Origin: Pseudomonadota bacterium
GTDB taxonomy: Bacteria; Pseudomonadota; Gammaproteobacteria; Burkholderiales; SG8-39
NCBI GenBank assembly: GCA_947455195.1
Contig: CANGMI010000005.1
Coordinates: forward strand, 128,609-192,608
DNA: 64,000 nucleotides
Direction of reading: 5' to 3'
In this document: in pieces, positions 8,788-17,471 of the stretch
Layout of the letters: each line of letters begins with the position of its first letter
Numbering within the stretch: position 1 is the first letter of the stretch
The notes under the pieces: model-generated
The model's input: the letters and a program-made list of their open reading frames with translations, nothing else
What the model was told of the DNA's origin: nothing
Databases searched by the model: none
Made by a program: the position numbers and the translations under genes

Positions 8788-9999
8788 ATGGCCGAAGAAC
8801 TCGTGTTCCATCGCCCCAGCTACGCCCAGGCGCTGGTGCAGCAACTCCTGAAGCCTGGCCCATTGGACCAGGGACTACGCTCCGGCGTGTTTCTCTCGGG
8901 GATCCGGCGTATCGGCAAGACGACCTTCATCCGGCAGGACTTCGTCCCGGCGCTCCTCGACCACGGGGCTCTTGTGCTGTACGTGGACCTATGGACGGAC
9001 CGCTCGCGCCCGCCGATGGCGCTCGTACAGGAGGCAGTGCGCGCAGCGGCCTCCGAACTCGAGCAACCCACTTCTACGCTGCTGCAGAAGCTGCGCCGGG
9101 TCAAGGGAGTGAACTTTGGCGCAGCAGGCATCAGCTTGGGCTTCCAACTGGACGGTCTGGGAACGCCTGGCGGCGTCACCCTCGCAGAAGTCTTCGTCGA
9201 ACTGGTCCGTAAGGCCCAGGGCGACGTCGTGCTCGTGATCGACGAGGTGCAACAGGCCATGGCCAGCCAGGATGGCCAAGACATGCTCTTCGCCTTGAAG
9301 GCGGCCAGAGACATGGTCAACACCGCAACCGATCTCCCCGGCCGACTGCTGATCGTCGGGACGGGCTCGCACAAGTCTCTGGTGACGGACATGGCGACAC
9401 GGCGCTCCCAGGCGTTCGCTGGCGCTCACACGGCCTCCTTCGAGCCGCTGAGCAAGGACTACGTCGAGTGGTTCCTGAACCGTGTCGCCGCGGCCGGGCT
9501 GGCCGTGCCTTCACTGCAGGCGGGTTTCTCCGGTTTTCGCGACATGGGGAGCCGACCGGAGGAGCTGACGAAGGCCGTACGGCAGTTCCAGGACGAAGTC
9601 GCCGCGGGACGCGGAGCGGATGCCGACGCGGCATTCGCCACCATCTGCGCCACGTTGGCCACCGCGGCGGCCGAACTCGACATCCAGTCGATCGAGGACG
9701 CTGGTGAGTTGGCCGTTCTCGCCTTCTCGCGAATCGCGGCCGGCCAGGGCCGTGGTCTCTATGCCGCCGATACGCTGACGTCATTCAGCGAGTCGCTGCG
9801 AAGAGAGATCTCCGCCAACGACATGACACCGGCGATCGACAAGCTCGTCGCCGCCAACCTCATCGTTCGCAAGGGCCATGGAAACTTCGACATCGCCGAC
9901 CCGTTCGTGAAGCAAGTCTGGTTGCGGCACGCGCAGATGCGCCAGACGCTGATCCGCGCGTCCGGATCGCAAGGCACTAAAGCGACGCACGACACCTGA
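8788..9999 (+). CDS. P-loop ATP-binding protein (ATPase_2 / DUF234-like AAA-type NTPase)
   Basis: Walker A is SGIRRIGKTT and Walker B is VVLVIDEVQ. The layout (F..R..........L....+ GKT, later hhhhDE) resembles the archaeal-ATPase family. The ATG at 8788 was chosen over the 8689 ORF start. Confidence 0.8.
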   Translation: MAEELVFHRPSYAQALVQQLLKPGPLDQGLRSGVFLSGIRRIGKTTFIRQDFVPALLDHGALVLYVDLWTDRSRPPMALVQEAVRAAASELEQPTSTLLQKLRRVKGVNFGAAGISLGFQLDGLGTPGGVTLAEVFVELVRKAQGDVVLVIDEVQQAMASQDGQDMLFALKAARDMVNTATDLPGRLLIVGTGSHKSLVTDMATRRSQAFAGAHTASFEPLSKDYVEWFLNRVAAAGLAVPSLQAGFSGFRDMGSRPEELTKAVRQFQDEVAAGRGADADAAFATICATLATAAAELDIQSIEDAGELAVLAFSRIAAGQGRGLYAADTLTSFSESLRREISANDMTPAIDKLVAANLIVRKGHGNFDIADPFVKQVWLRHAQMRQTLIRASGSQGTKATHDT

Positions 10000-10398
10000 T
10001 CTTCAGCGTCGCGAAGTAGTACTTAGCCTGAGCAGAGGCGCCCCCCTCTGCGCCTTCAGAGGCCAAGAGTCCGACGACCCGTCGCGCTTGGGGCTGTCCG
10101 CTTCGTGGCCTCGAAATCTGCGATCGATATGTCTGAGATGGCTCGGAAGCCGACCCAGGACGGCGATAAGTTCAATCCCCGTCGCCACCAAAATCCAGCA
10201 CCCTCAGAGCCTGAGCAAGTTAGTACTACAGACCCTCCTGCCCCGGCCATTGAACGATTGAGTTGCCGATGGGCTCTTATTCCGATTCAAACCCGTGGTT
10301 CGTAAATGGGGTTCACCCCCGCATCCCACTCGCGGGTTCAGGGGCAGCAGGATTCGGTCGACAAGAACGATCCCTGGGCTGAAATCGCTGGCTGAAGA

Positions 10399-10887
10399 TC
10401 AGATTGATGACTGATTGATCCGCAGCATCAGTGTCATGGGATGTGCGGGCGACGCCTTGAAACCGTAGTACTCGTAAAACTGGCGGGCACGATCGTTCAG
10501 TGCATGCACGAGCATGGCTCGCACACCTGTGTTTTGCGATACCAGTACACAGCGCCGCAGCGCATCCTGAAGCAAGGCTGCCCCCAGTTTCATTCCTTGC
10601 GCTCGGGCATCGACAGCCAAACGGGCCAGAACCATCACTGGAATCGGGTCGGGCATGTTCTGACGAATGGACCGGGTAGCGTCTTGGTGCGCGACGGCAC
10701 CTGCAGCCAAAGCGTAGCAGCCCATGACCTCACGCTCTGGGGTCGTGACGACGAACGTGCGGCTGGCACCACTGGTCTGGTTGCCCAGAGCGCGGCGTTT
10801 GAGCCACTCGTCGAGCGTCGATTCGCCACAGGCGAATGAACTGACTTGGTGATCGGGTGACAACGACTCCGGGGCACGCAAGTTCAT
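10399..10887 (-). CDS. GNAT-family N-acetyltransferase toxin (TacT-like)
   Basis: 162 aa with the pattern F.CG...LD.WL+..A......G.S+TFV, ...LARLAVD...QG..LGA.LL.DAL.R and GVRAMLVHAL.D.A+.FYE.YGF. A 4-nt ATGA overlap joins it to the upstream DUF1778 gene. Confidence 0.85.
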   Translation of the reverse strand: MNLRAPESLSPDHQVSSFACGESTLDEWLKRRALGNQTSGASRTFVVTTPEREVMGCYALAAGAVAHQDATRSIRQNMPDPIPVMVLARLAVDARAQGMKLGAALLQDALRRCVLVSQNTGVRAMLVHALNDRARQFYEYYGFKASPAHPMTLMLRINQSSI

Positions 10888-11153
10888 GCGCCAACTTTCC
10901 AGGGGGCCTTGACCGCCAGCAAGCGCTCAAGGCCTGGGTTAGGTTGTACCGGCGCATCCAGCATGGCCGTGAACTCCCGGAACTTGGCGTCATCGAGGCT
11001 GAAGAACACCTGGTCAAGGAGCACCGACCGAGCCTTGTCGCAGGCGGCTTCCAGCATGAAGTCAGAGCGGTTTTTACCCAGAAGGCTCGCGGCCTGGTCG
11101 ATCAGGTCGCGTTGCTGAGGCAGGGCTCGAAGATTGATGGCAGCGTCGCGCAT
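10884..11153 (-). CDS. DUF1778 family antitoxin (TacA-like, RHH)
   Basis: 89 aa with INLRALPQQRDLIDQAASLLGKNRSDFMLEAACDKARSVLLDQ..F.L....F..F...LD.P. GGAG lies upstream of the ATG at 11153. Confidence 0.85.
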   Translation of the reverse strand: MRDAAINLRALPQQRDLIDQAASLLGKNRSDFMLEAACDKARSVLLDQVFFSLDDAKFREFTAMLDAPVQPNPGLERLLAVKAPWKVGA

Positions 11154-11239
11154 GGCATCTCCAAATGAATACACAATAGATACACATATCCTGACCGGAT
11201 GTGTAGCTGATGTCAATACAAGATCGAATTGATCGCTGC

Positions 11240-11790
11240 ATGAATTCCCAGTCACAACCAGCCAGGATTGCAAGGCAATACGCCGACCAGGTGGTGTCTG
11301 GGGAAATCCTGGCTTGCAGCGGGGGTGCAGCGGGCCTGCCAGCGACAACTGGATGACCTTGCCAAGTTCAAAGGCACCGCCAGTTCGTACCTTTTCAACC
11401 CCAAGCTCACGGACAAGGACGGCAGGGGCTTCCAGCCGGCTGACACCCTGTGCGCATTCATCGAGCGCTTGCCCCACGTGAAAGGGCCGCTGGCAGGCGA
11501 GCCGATTCACCTGGAGCCCTGGCTTTCGGCGCAGGTTTTCCGTGGAGGTTGGCGCACACAACATGCATGTGCTGGCCTCAGGTTCCAGGTTTGAGGCCCT
11601 GTCGGCTGAAGGATCCACCCTGGATGGTCTGAACATTCACTTCGGATGCGTGGACGAGTTGCATGCGCACAAGACGCCCACCGTCTTCGACGTGGTCGAA
11701 ACCGGTACCGGCAAGCGAGACGACTCGTTGCTCTGGGTGATCACCACCGCGGGCGGCAATCGCGCTGGCATCTGCTACGAGGCGAAGTCC
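11240..11790 (+). pseudogene. Phage terminase large subunit remnant (frameshifted, internally deleted, 3' truncated)
   Basis: ATG 11240 gives ...ARQYADQVVSGEILAC, then a frameshift into VQRACQRQLDDL...FIERLPHVKGPLAGEPIHLEPW. It then jumps to SRFEALSAEGSTLDGLNIHFGCVDELHAH....VITTAGG. The Walker-A region and the nuclease domain are absent. Confidence 0.7.
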
Positions 11791-11908
11791 GGTGGGTCAC
11801 CTGGGCTCCGGATCTGCTTCTCGCTGCGAGCGTTGCCGCACCCACCCGCCAGTCCGGTAGCGCGTTGCCGGAGCACGGTGGCAGCCGCAGGGGCTGCGTC
11901 AGTCAGAG

Positions 11909-12802
11909 TCAACTGACCGCGGACTCGGCCCGGTCAAGCACCTTTTTCACCAGCGGGTGGTGGCGGGTGCGGTGGCTGAAGATCGCGTGGATGTCTTCCT
12001 TCACATCGGTCTCACCCAGCAGCGCCAGACCAGGCATCAATGACAGGTCTTCGGCGCCGAGTGCGCTGACCGGAAAAATGCCCAGGCCGCGCGCGGCGAA
12101 CACCGACATCAGGGCGCTGTCCTCGAACTCGCCCACCACCTCCGGTACCAGGTCGTGGTCATCGAACCAGCGTTCAAGCGCGGCGCGCACCGGGGCATCC
12201 CGGGTGGGCAGCAGCACTGGCAACGTGTTGAGGCAGGCGGGGAATGTGGCGCAGGTCGCCGGCGAGACCCTCTGCCTGGCCCCGTACCAGCATACCGGTG
12301 ACGATGCCAGCCACTGGCTTGAAAGGCGCAGGTTGGCGTTCACCGGCGCGCCCTGACCGGTCAGCACCAGATCGAGGCGGTGCAGGGCCAGATCGGCCAT
12401 CAGGTGATCGAATTCGCCTTCATGGCAGAGCAGGCGTAGCCCCGGCGACTGCAGTACCGGGTCCAGCAGGGCGTGCGCTGCCAGTTTGGACAGGCCGTCC
12501 GACAGGCCGATCGACAGCCGGACGGCCGTGCCTGTGGCGGCATCGGTCACCTCGCGAGGGATGCGCTGGCCGATCTGGAAAATCTCCTCGGCGCGCGCGT
12601 AGGCCGCTTCGCCTGCCTCGGTCAGTGTCAGGCCGCGACCTTCGGGCTTGAGCAACTGGTGACCCAGTGATTTTTCGAGTTCGCGCACCTGGCTGCTGAT
12701 GGTCTGGATGGCAATATCGAGCCTTCGTGCGGCGCGTGCCATGCCCCCCTCCTTGGCAACGACCCAGAAGTAATACAGGTGGCGGTAGTTGAGTGCGCTC
12801 AT
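11909..12802 (-). CDS. LysR-family transcriptional regulator (NhaR-like)
   Basis: MSALNYRHLYYFWVVAKEGGMARAARRL.I..QTIS.Q+R.LE..LG..L resembles the NhaR subgroup HTH. The start was moved to the ATG at 12802. Confidence 0.9.
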   Translation of the reverse strand: MSALNYRHLYYFWVVAKEGGMARAARRLDIAIQTISSQVRELEKSLGHQLLKPEGRGLTLTEAGEAAYARAEEIFQIGQRIPREVTDAATGTAVRLSIGLSDGLSKLAAHALLDPVLQSPGLRLLCHEGEFDHLMADLALHRLDLVLTGQGAPVNANLRLSSQWLASSPVCWYGARQRVSPATCATFPACLNTLPVLLPTRDAPVRAALERWFDDHDLVPEVVGEFEDSALMSVFAARGLGIFPVSALGAEDLSLMPGLALLGETDVKEDIHAIFSHRTRHHPLVKKVLDRAESAVS

Positions 12803-12839
12803 GGGTACTCCCGGCGTCCAGGAAGGGGGTACAGGACGC

Positions 12840-13175
12840 TCAGAGGTCCTGCAGCGGCTGGCGGTCGCGAATGCGCTGGATCTGCGCGATGTCAATCACC
12901 CAGACCAGCCCGTCACCGATATTTCCAGTTTGGCATGCCATGCAGATCGTGTCGCGGATGCTCTCGACCATGCTGTCCTCGCACAGCACGCACACCATGA
13001 GCTTGGGGCTGAAATCGGTCAGATTGTCGCGCACGGTGCGCTTGTCCACAGCCGCCGGGGCCGTGAAGCCATCGGCCCGGAATACCGTCACCCCGGGAAA
13101 ATCGGGAATGGCGCGCAGGGCGTCGCGCAGTCTTTCGAGTCGGCTCGGGCGAACGATGGCGCGGATCTCCTTCAT
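12840..13175 (-). CDS. P-II family (GlnB-like) signal-transduction protein with divergent T-loop
   Basis: 111 aa: MKEIRAIVRP.+L..+RDAL........TV....GF...........DF.PK..+.V.......+.+.+.I...+QTG.IGDG.++V.D+....RIR. It is collinear with GlnB, but the T-loop lacks the conserved Tyr. Confidence 0.85.
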   Translation of the reverse strand: MKEIRAIVRPSRLERLRDALRAIPDFPGVTVFRADGFTAPAAVDKRTVRDNLTDFSPKLMVCVLCEDSMVESIRDTICMACQTGNIGDGLVWVIDIAQIQRIRDRQPLQDL

Positions 13176-13190
13176 GTTGCACTCCTTGTG

Positions 13191-16100
13191 TCAGGCCTCG
13201 GTGGGCTGGTCGTCAAACCAGCGGTACAGCGTCGGCACGACCACCAGCGTCAGCAGGGTCGATGAAATCAACCCGCCAATGACCACCACGGCCAGCGGCC
13301 GCTGTACCTCCGAGCCTGGCCCCGTGGCGAACAGAAAGGGCACCAGGCCCAGCAGCGCCACGGTGGCGGTCATGATGACGGGGCGGAAACGCTGCATGCA
13401 GCCTTCGCGCACCGCCTCGGCCACCGACAGGCCGTCTTCTCGCAGGCGGCGGATGCAGCTGACCAGCACCACGCCGTTGAGCACGGCAATGCCCCACAAG
13501 GCAATGAAGCCCACCGAGGCCGGCACGCTGACATACTCGCCGGTGAGGAACAGTCCGAGGATGCCGCCAATCGAGGCGAAAGGCAGCACCATGATGATGA
13601 GCGAAGCCACTCGCAGCGAGTTGAACAGCATGAACAGGAGGAAGAAGATGGCGGCGATCGTCAGCGGCACGATCACCATCAGGGTGTCCATCGCCCGTTG
13701 CATGTTCTCGAACTGTCCACCCCACGACAGGTAGTAGCCTTCGGGCAGGTGCAGCTGGGCTTGAACGCGTTGCTGCGCTTCCTGCACGAAGCTACCCAGG
13801 TCCCGCCCGCTGACGTTGGCGCCCACTACTACCCTGCGCTGGCCGGATTCACGGCTGATGGTCGGAGGGCTGTCCATCAGTTCGATGCGGGTCAGCGCCG
13901 ACAGTGGCACCAGCGTGCCGTCGCTGGTGCGAAGGGTGCTGTTGCGGATCGTTTCAATCGAACTGCGGTAGTGCACCGGGTAGCGGACGACGATACCGAA
14001 GCGGCGCTGTCCTTCGTAGAGCTGGCCGACCTCGTTGCCGCCAAAAGCGGTCTCGATCAGGTCATTCACGTCGGAGACGTTGATGCCGTAGCGAGCAATC
14101 GCCTGCCGGTCGATGTCGATGGTCAGGGTCTGCTGGCCCGACAGTCGCTCGACACGGATGTCGGTCGCACCGGGCACGGTGCGCACGATGCGCGCCAGCT
14201 CTTCGGAGATGTGCCTGAGCTCGGACAGTTCCTCGCCGAACACCTTGATGGCCAGTTGGGAACGCACACCGGTCACCATTTCGTCCACGCGCTGGGCGAT
14301 TGGCTGGTTCATGATGACCTGCACCCCGGGCAGGACCGCCAGCGCCTTGCGGATGTCGTCCTCGATGGCGGTCTGGCCACGCCCCGATTCCTTGTCGATC
14401 ACGACAATCGGGTCGGATTCGTTGGGCCCCGCCGGATCGGCCGGAGATTCGCCACGTCCAAGCTTGGAGATGACCGATTTGACGCCCGGAACCCGGGCCA
14501 CCAGCTTCATCGCCTCGTTTTCGACGCGTAGCGACTCTTCCAGGGAGATGCTGGGCACACGCACGATCTGCGGCACGATGGAGCCCTCCTTCATGGTCGG
14601 GATGAAGCTCTTGCCCAGGAACGGGAACAAAGCCATCGAGCCCAGCAGCAGGGCCACGGCCGTGACGACGGTTTTCTTCTCGGCCCCCAGTGCCAGGTGC
14701 AGCAGGCGCAGGTAGTGTCGCTTGAGAAAAGCGATCGGCCGGGTGTCGTGGTCGCTGCCACCACGCAGGATGTAGCTGCACAGCACCGGCGACAGGAAAA
14801 GCGAGACCGCCAGCGAGATCGCCAGGGCGATGGCAATGGTCAGTGCCAGCGGGGCGAACATCTTGCCTTCCATGCCGGAGAGCATCATCAGGGGCAGGAA
14901 CACCAGAATGATGATCGATATGCCGTAGACCGTGGGCCTGGCGATTTCGGTCGTCGCATCGAGGATCAGTCGCAACCTGGACTCGCGCGAATCGCCCGCC
15001 TGACCGAGCTTGTGGAACACGTTCTCGACCACGACCACGGTGCCATCCACCATGAGTCCAACTGCGATGGCCAACCCGCCCAGCGACATGAGATTGGCCG
15101 ACAGCCCCAGGCGATTCATCATCATGAAGGTGACCAGGGGCGTGATGATGATGGTGGCCACCACGACCAGACTTGATCGCACATCGCCCAGGAACAGAAA
15201 GAGGATGATGACGATGAATACCACGCCTTCGAGAAGCACCTTGGTGACCATCCAGAGGGCGGAGTCCACCAGTTCGGTGCGGTCGTAGAACGGCTCGATC
15301 TGCAGACCGTCCGGCAGCAAACCCTTCTGGTTGATTTCCCTGACCTTGGCCTTGATGCGGCTGACCACCTCCTTGGCATTGCCGCCGCGCAGCATCATCA
15401 CGATGCCGGCTACCGCCTCGCTGTCGCCGTCGCGCACGATCGCTCCCTGGCGGACGGCTGCGCCGATTTCGACCTGTGCCACGTCACGCACGAAGACCGG
15501 AACGCCCCTTTCTTCCTTGAGGACGATGTTGCCGATGTCATCGATGCTGCGTATCAGGCCCAAGCCACGGATCAGGTACTGCTCTGCACCCGAGCGCAGC
15601 ATGCCCCCGCCGGCATTGGCGTTGTTGCGCTCCACCGCATCGAGCACCTCACGCAGGGACAGTCGGTAGTGGCGCAGTCGATCGGGATTGACCAGCACCT
15701 GGAACTGACGCTCCAGTCCACCCATCGAGTTGATTTCGGCTACACCGGGGATCGAGCGCAGCATCGGCCGCAGGACCCAGTCCTGCACGACGCGGCGGTG
15801 CATCAGTTCATCGGGCGACAGCGCGCGCTTTCCATCGTCCGGGTGCACAAGGGTGTACTGATAGACCTCGCCCAGGCCAGTGGACACCGGCCCGAGCAAG
15901 GGTACGACCCCCGGTGGCATTCCGGGCGTAACCTCGAGCAGTCGCTCCATCACCAGCTGCCTTGCAAAGTACACATCGGTCCTGTCGGTGAAGACCAGGG
16001 TGATCAGCGAAAGCCCGGCCCGGTTGAGCGCACGCATCTCGGTCAGTCCGGGCAGCCCGGTCATGGCCACCTCCAGTGGCACCGTGACAATGCGCTCCAC

Positions 16101-16280
16101 CTCTTGCGGCGAGCGACCTGGCACTTCGGTCGCGATCTGTACCTGCACATTGGTCACATCGGGGAAGGCATCGACCGACAGGCGCATGGCGGCTCGAATG
16201 CCGAAACCCAGCAGAGCGACTGCCACTACCAGCACCAGCAGGCGCTGAGCCAGGGCTGCACGGATCAATGACTTGAGCAT
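13191..16280 (-). CDS. CusA/CzcA-family heavy-metal efflux RND permease
   Basis: 1029 aa with 12-TM RND architecture. The N-terminus is typical HME-RND (ML..LI..AL..R.LVL......) and the TM4 motif is AVGLMVDGTVVVVEN. Confidence 0.95.
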   Translation of the reverse strand: MLKSLIRAALAQRLLVLVVAVALLGFGIRAAMRLSVDAFPDVTNVQVQIATEVPGRSPQEVERIVTVPLEVAMTGLPGLTEMRALNRAGLSLITLVFTDRTDVYFARQLVMERLLEVTPGMPPGVVPLLGPVSTGLGEVYQYTLVHPDDGKRALSPDELMHRRVVQDWVLRPMLRSIPGVAEINSMGGLERQFQVLVNPDRLRHYRLSLREVLDAVERNNANAGGGMLRSGAEQYLIRGLGLIRSIDDIGNIVLKEERGVPVFVRDVAQVEIGAAVRQGAIVRDGDSEAVAGIVMMLRGGNAKEVVSRIKAKVREINQKGLLPDGLQIEPFYDRTELVDSALWMVTKVLLEGVVFIVIILFLFLGDVRSSLVVVATIIITPLVTFMMMNRLGLSANLMSLGGLAIAVGLMVDGTVVVVENVFHKLGQAGDSRESRLRLILDATTEIARPTVYGISIIILVFLPLMMLSGMEGKMFAPLALTIAIALAISLAVSLFLSPVLCSYILRGGSDHDTRPIAFLKRHYLRLLHLALGAEKKTVVTAVALLLGSMALFPFLGKSFIPTMKEGSIVPQIVRVPSISLEESLRVENEAMKLVARVPGVKSVISKLGRGESPADPAGPNESDPIVVIDKESGRGQTAIEDDIRKALAVLPGVQVIMNQPIAQRVDEMVTGVRSQLAIKVFGEELSELRHISEELARIVRTVPGATDIRVERLSGQQTLTIDIDRQAIARYGINVSDVNDLIETAFGGNEVGQLYEGQRRFGIVVRYPVHYRSSIETIRNSTLRTSDGTLVPLSALTRIELMDSPPTISRESGQRRVVVGANVSGRDLGSFVQEAQQRVQAQLHLPEGYYLSWGGQFENMQRAMDTLMVIVPLTIAAIFFLLFMLFNSLRVASLIIMVLPFASIGGILGLFLTGEYVSVPASVGFIALWGIAVLNGVVLVSCIRRLREDGLSVAEAVREGCMQRFRPVIMTATVALLGLVPFLFATGPGSEVQRPLAVVVIGGLISSTLLTLVVVPTLYRWFDDQPTEA

Positions 16281-16289
16281 GGCCGCTCC

Positions 16290-17459
16290 CTACTCGAGTT
16301 CCGCGCGCTTGCGCTCGTTGTGCAAGTGGAAGGCGCCTCGAACCACCACGGAATCGCCCTCGTTCAGGCCCTTGAGTACGGGTCGCAGTTCATTGAGGGC
16401 ATCGCCCAGTTCCACCGCTGTGTATCGGAACGTGTTGTCGGCGACGCGCACGTAGACATGGTCGCGGTCGTTTTCGCGGACCACGGCCTCCTGGGCAAGT
16501 GCGAGGGCCTTGCGCGGCTCACCCCGGATGCGCATTGTGGCCAGCATCTGGGGCTTGAGGTCGCGACTGGCGTTGTCCACCTGGGTACGCAGGGTCACCG
16601 TGCGAGTCTCGGGCGAGACGGTATCGCCTACGTGCACGATCCGGCCCGACAACTGCCTGCCGCCCAGAGCCGGCACCGTCATTTCGACCCTTTGACCCAC
16701 CTGCACCGTGCGGGCGGTCTGCTCGGGCATGTCACCCACCACCCACACTTTGCTGAGGTCGGCCACGGTGAACAGGGGGTCGCCCGGCTGAGCCACCTGC
16801 CCGTTGCTGACCTTGCGCTCGATCACTACCCCCGACAGCGTGGACACCACCGCGGCATGCGGGTGCAGCACTCCCCGGTCGCGCAGCTGGCCCATCGCCT
16901 CGGCGGGAATGCCCAGAAGCCGCAACTGGTCCTCGGTCGCCCGTTTTTCAGCGTGCGCCACCGCCTGTTCGGACTCCCGCCGCTGCAGTTCGGCCGAGCC
17001 GATCACATCGGCCTGGTACAGTTGCCGCGCCCGCTCGACCGCACGGTCGGCCAGTGCAGCCGCCGAATGGGCCCGCAGGTAGGCCATCTGTGCCTGCGAC
17101 AGTTCGGGGCTCGCCACGCGCGCCAGCGCTTGACCGGCCTGCACACGGTCACCCACTTCGACCAGAACCTCGGTCACACGGCCCGTCACCGAAGCACCGA
17201 TACGGGTAACCAGGCGGTCATTGGCTTCGATACGGCCAGCCACCTCCTTCATGGTCTCCAGTTCCTGAACTTCCAGCCTGGCGACCTCGAAACGGCTGGC
17301 CATCGCTGCAGGGACCTGTACGTGAAGCGGACCGGCTGCGGGCTTGGCTGCTGTCGCGGCAGGCTCGGGCGTCTGGCCGCAGGCCGCCAGCAGGGACAGC
17401 ACCGTCAGCGCACTGAAGACGGATCCGGGCAGCCACCCGAGGATGGTCATCTTGTTCAT
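16290..17459 (-). CDS. Efflux RND periplasmic adaptor subunit (MFP)
   Basis: Lipoprotein-like leader (LSLLAACGQ) followed by coiled-coil, lipoyl and beta-barrel patterns. It is immediately upstream of the RND permease, and GAGGGA lies before the ATG. Confidence 0.9.
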   Translation of the reverse strand: MNKMTILGWLPGSVFSALTVLSLLAACGQTPEPAATAAKPAAGPLHVQVPAAMASRFEVARLEVQELETMKEVAGRIEANDRLVTRIGASVTGRVTEVLVEVGDRVQAGQALARVASPELSQAQMAYLRAHSAAALADRAVERARQLYQADVIGSAELQRRESEQAVAHAEKRATEDQLRLLGIPAEAMGQLRDRGVLHPHAAVVSTLSGVVIERKVSNGQVAQPGDPLFTVADLSKVWVVGDMPEQTARTVQVGQRVEMTVPALGGRQLSGRIVHVGDTVSPETRTVTLRTQVDNASRDLKPQMLATMRIRGEPRKALALAQEAVVRENDRDHVYVRVADNTFRYTAVELGDALNELRPVLKGLNEGDSVVVRGAFHLHNERKRAELE

Positions 17460-17471
17460 CGTTTCCCTCTT

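Larger units (their letters stand above)
8230..11908. mobile_element. Degenerate tRNA-Ser-associated genomic island / prophage remnant (no integrase left)
   Basis: It starts directly at the tRNA 3' end with a visibly AT-richer, gene-poor stretch. The cargo is an orphan ATPase, a TA pair and a decayed terminase gene. Core-like genes resume at 11909. Confidence 0.45.

Noticed and set aside
10003-10398. Short ORFs (60-66 aa) and an apparent pair of motifs (GTAGTACT / AGTACTAC plus direct AGCCTGAGCA) about 190 bp apart, possibly a MITE-like element
   Set aside because: The repeats are only 8-10 nt, AGTACT is self-complementary, and no target-site duplication was seen. This is insufficient to call a mobile element or a gene.
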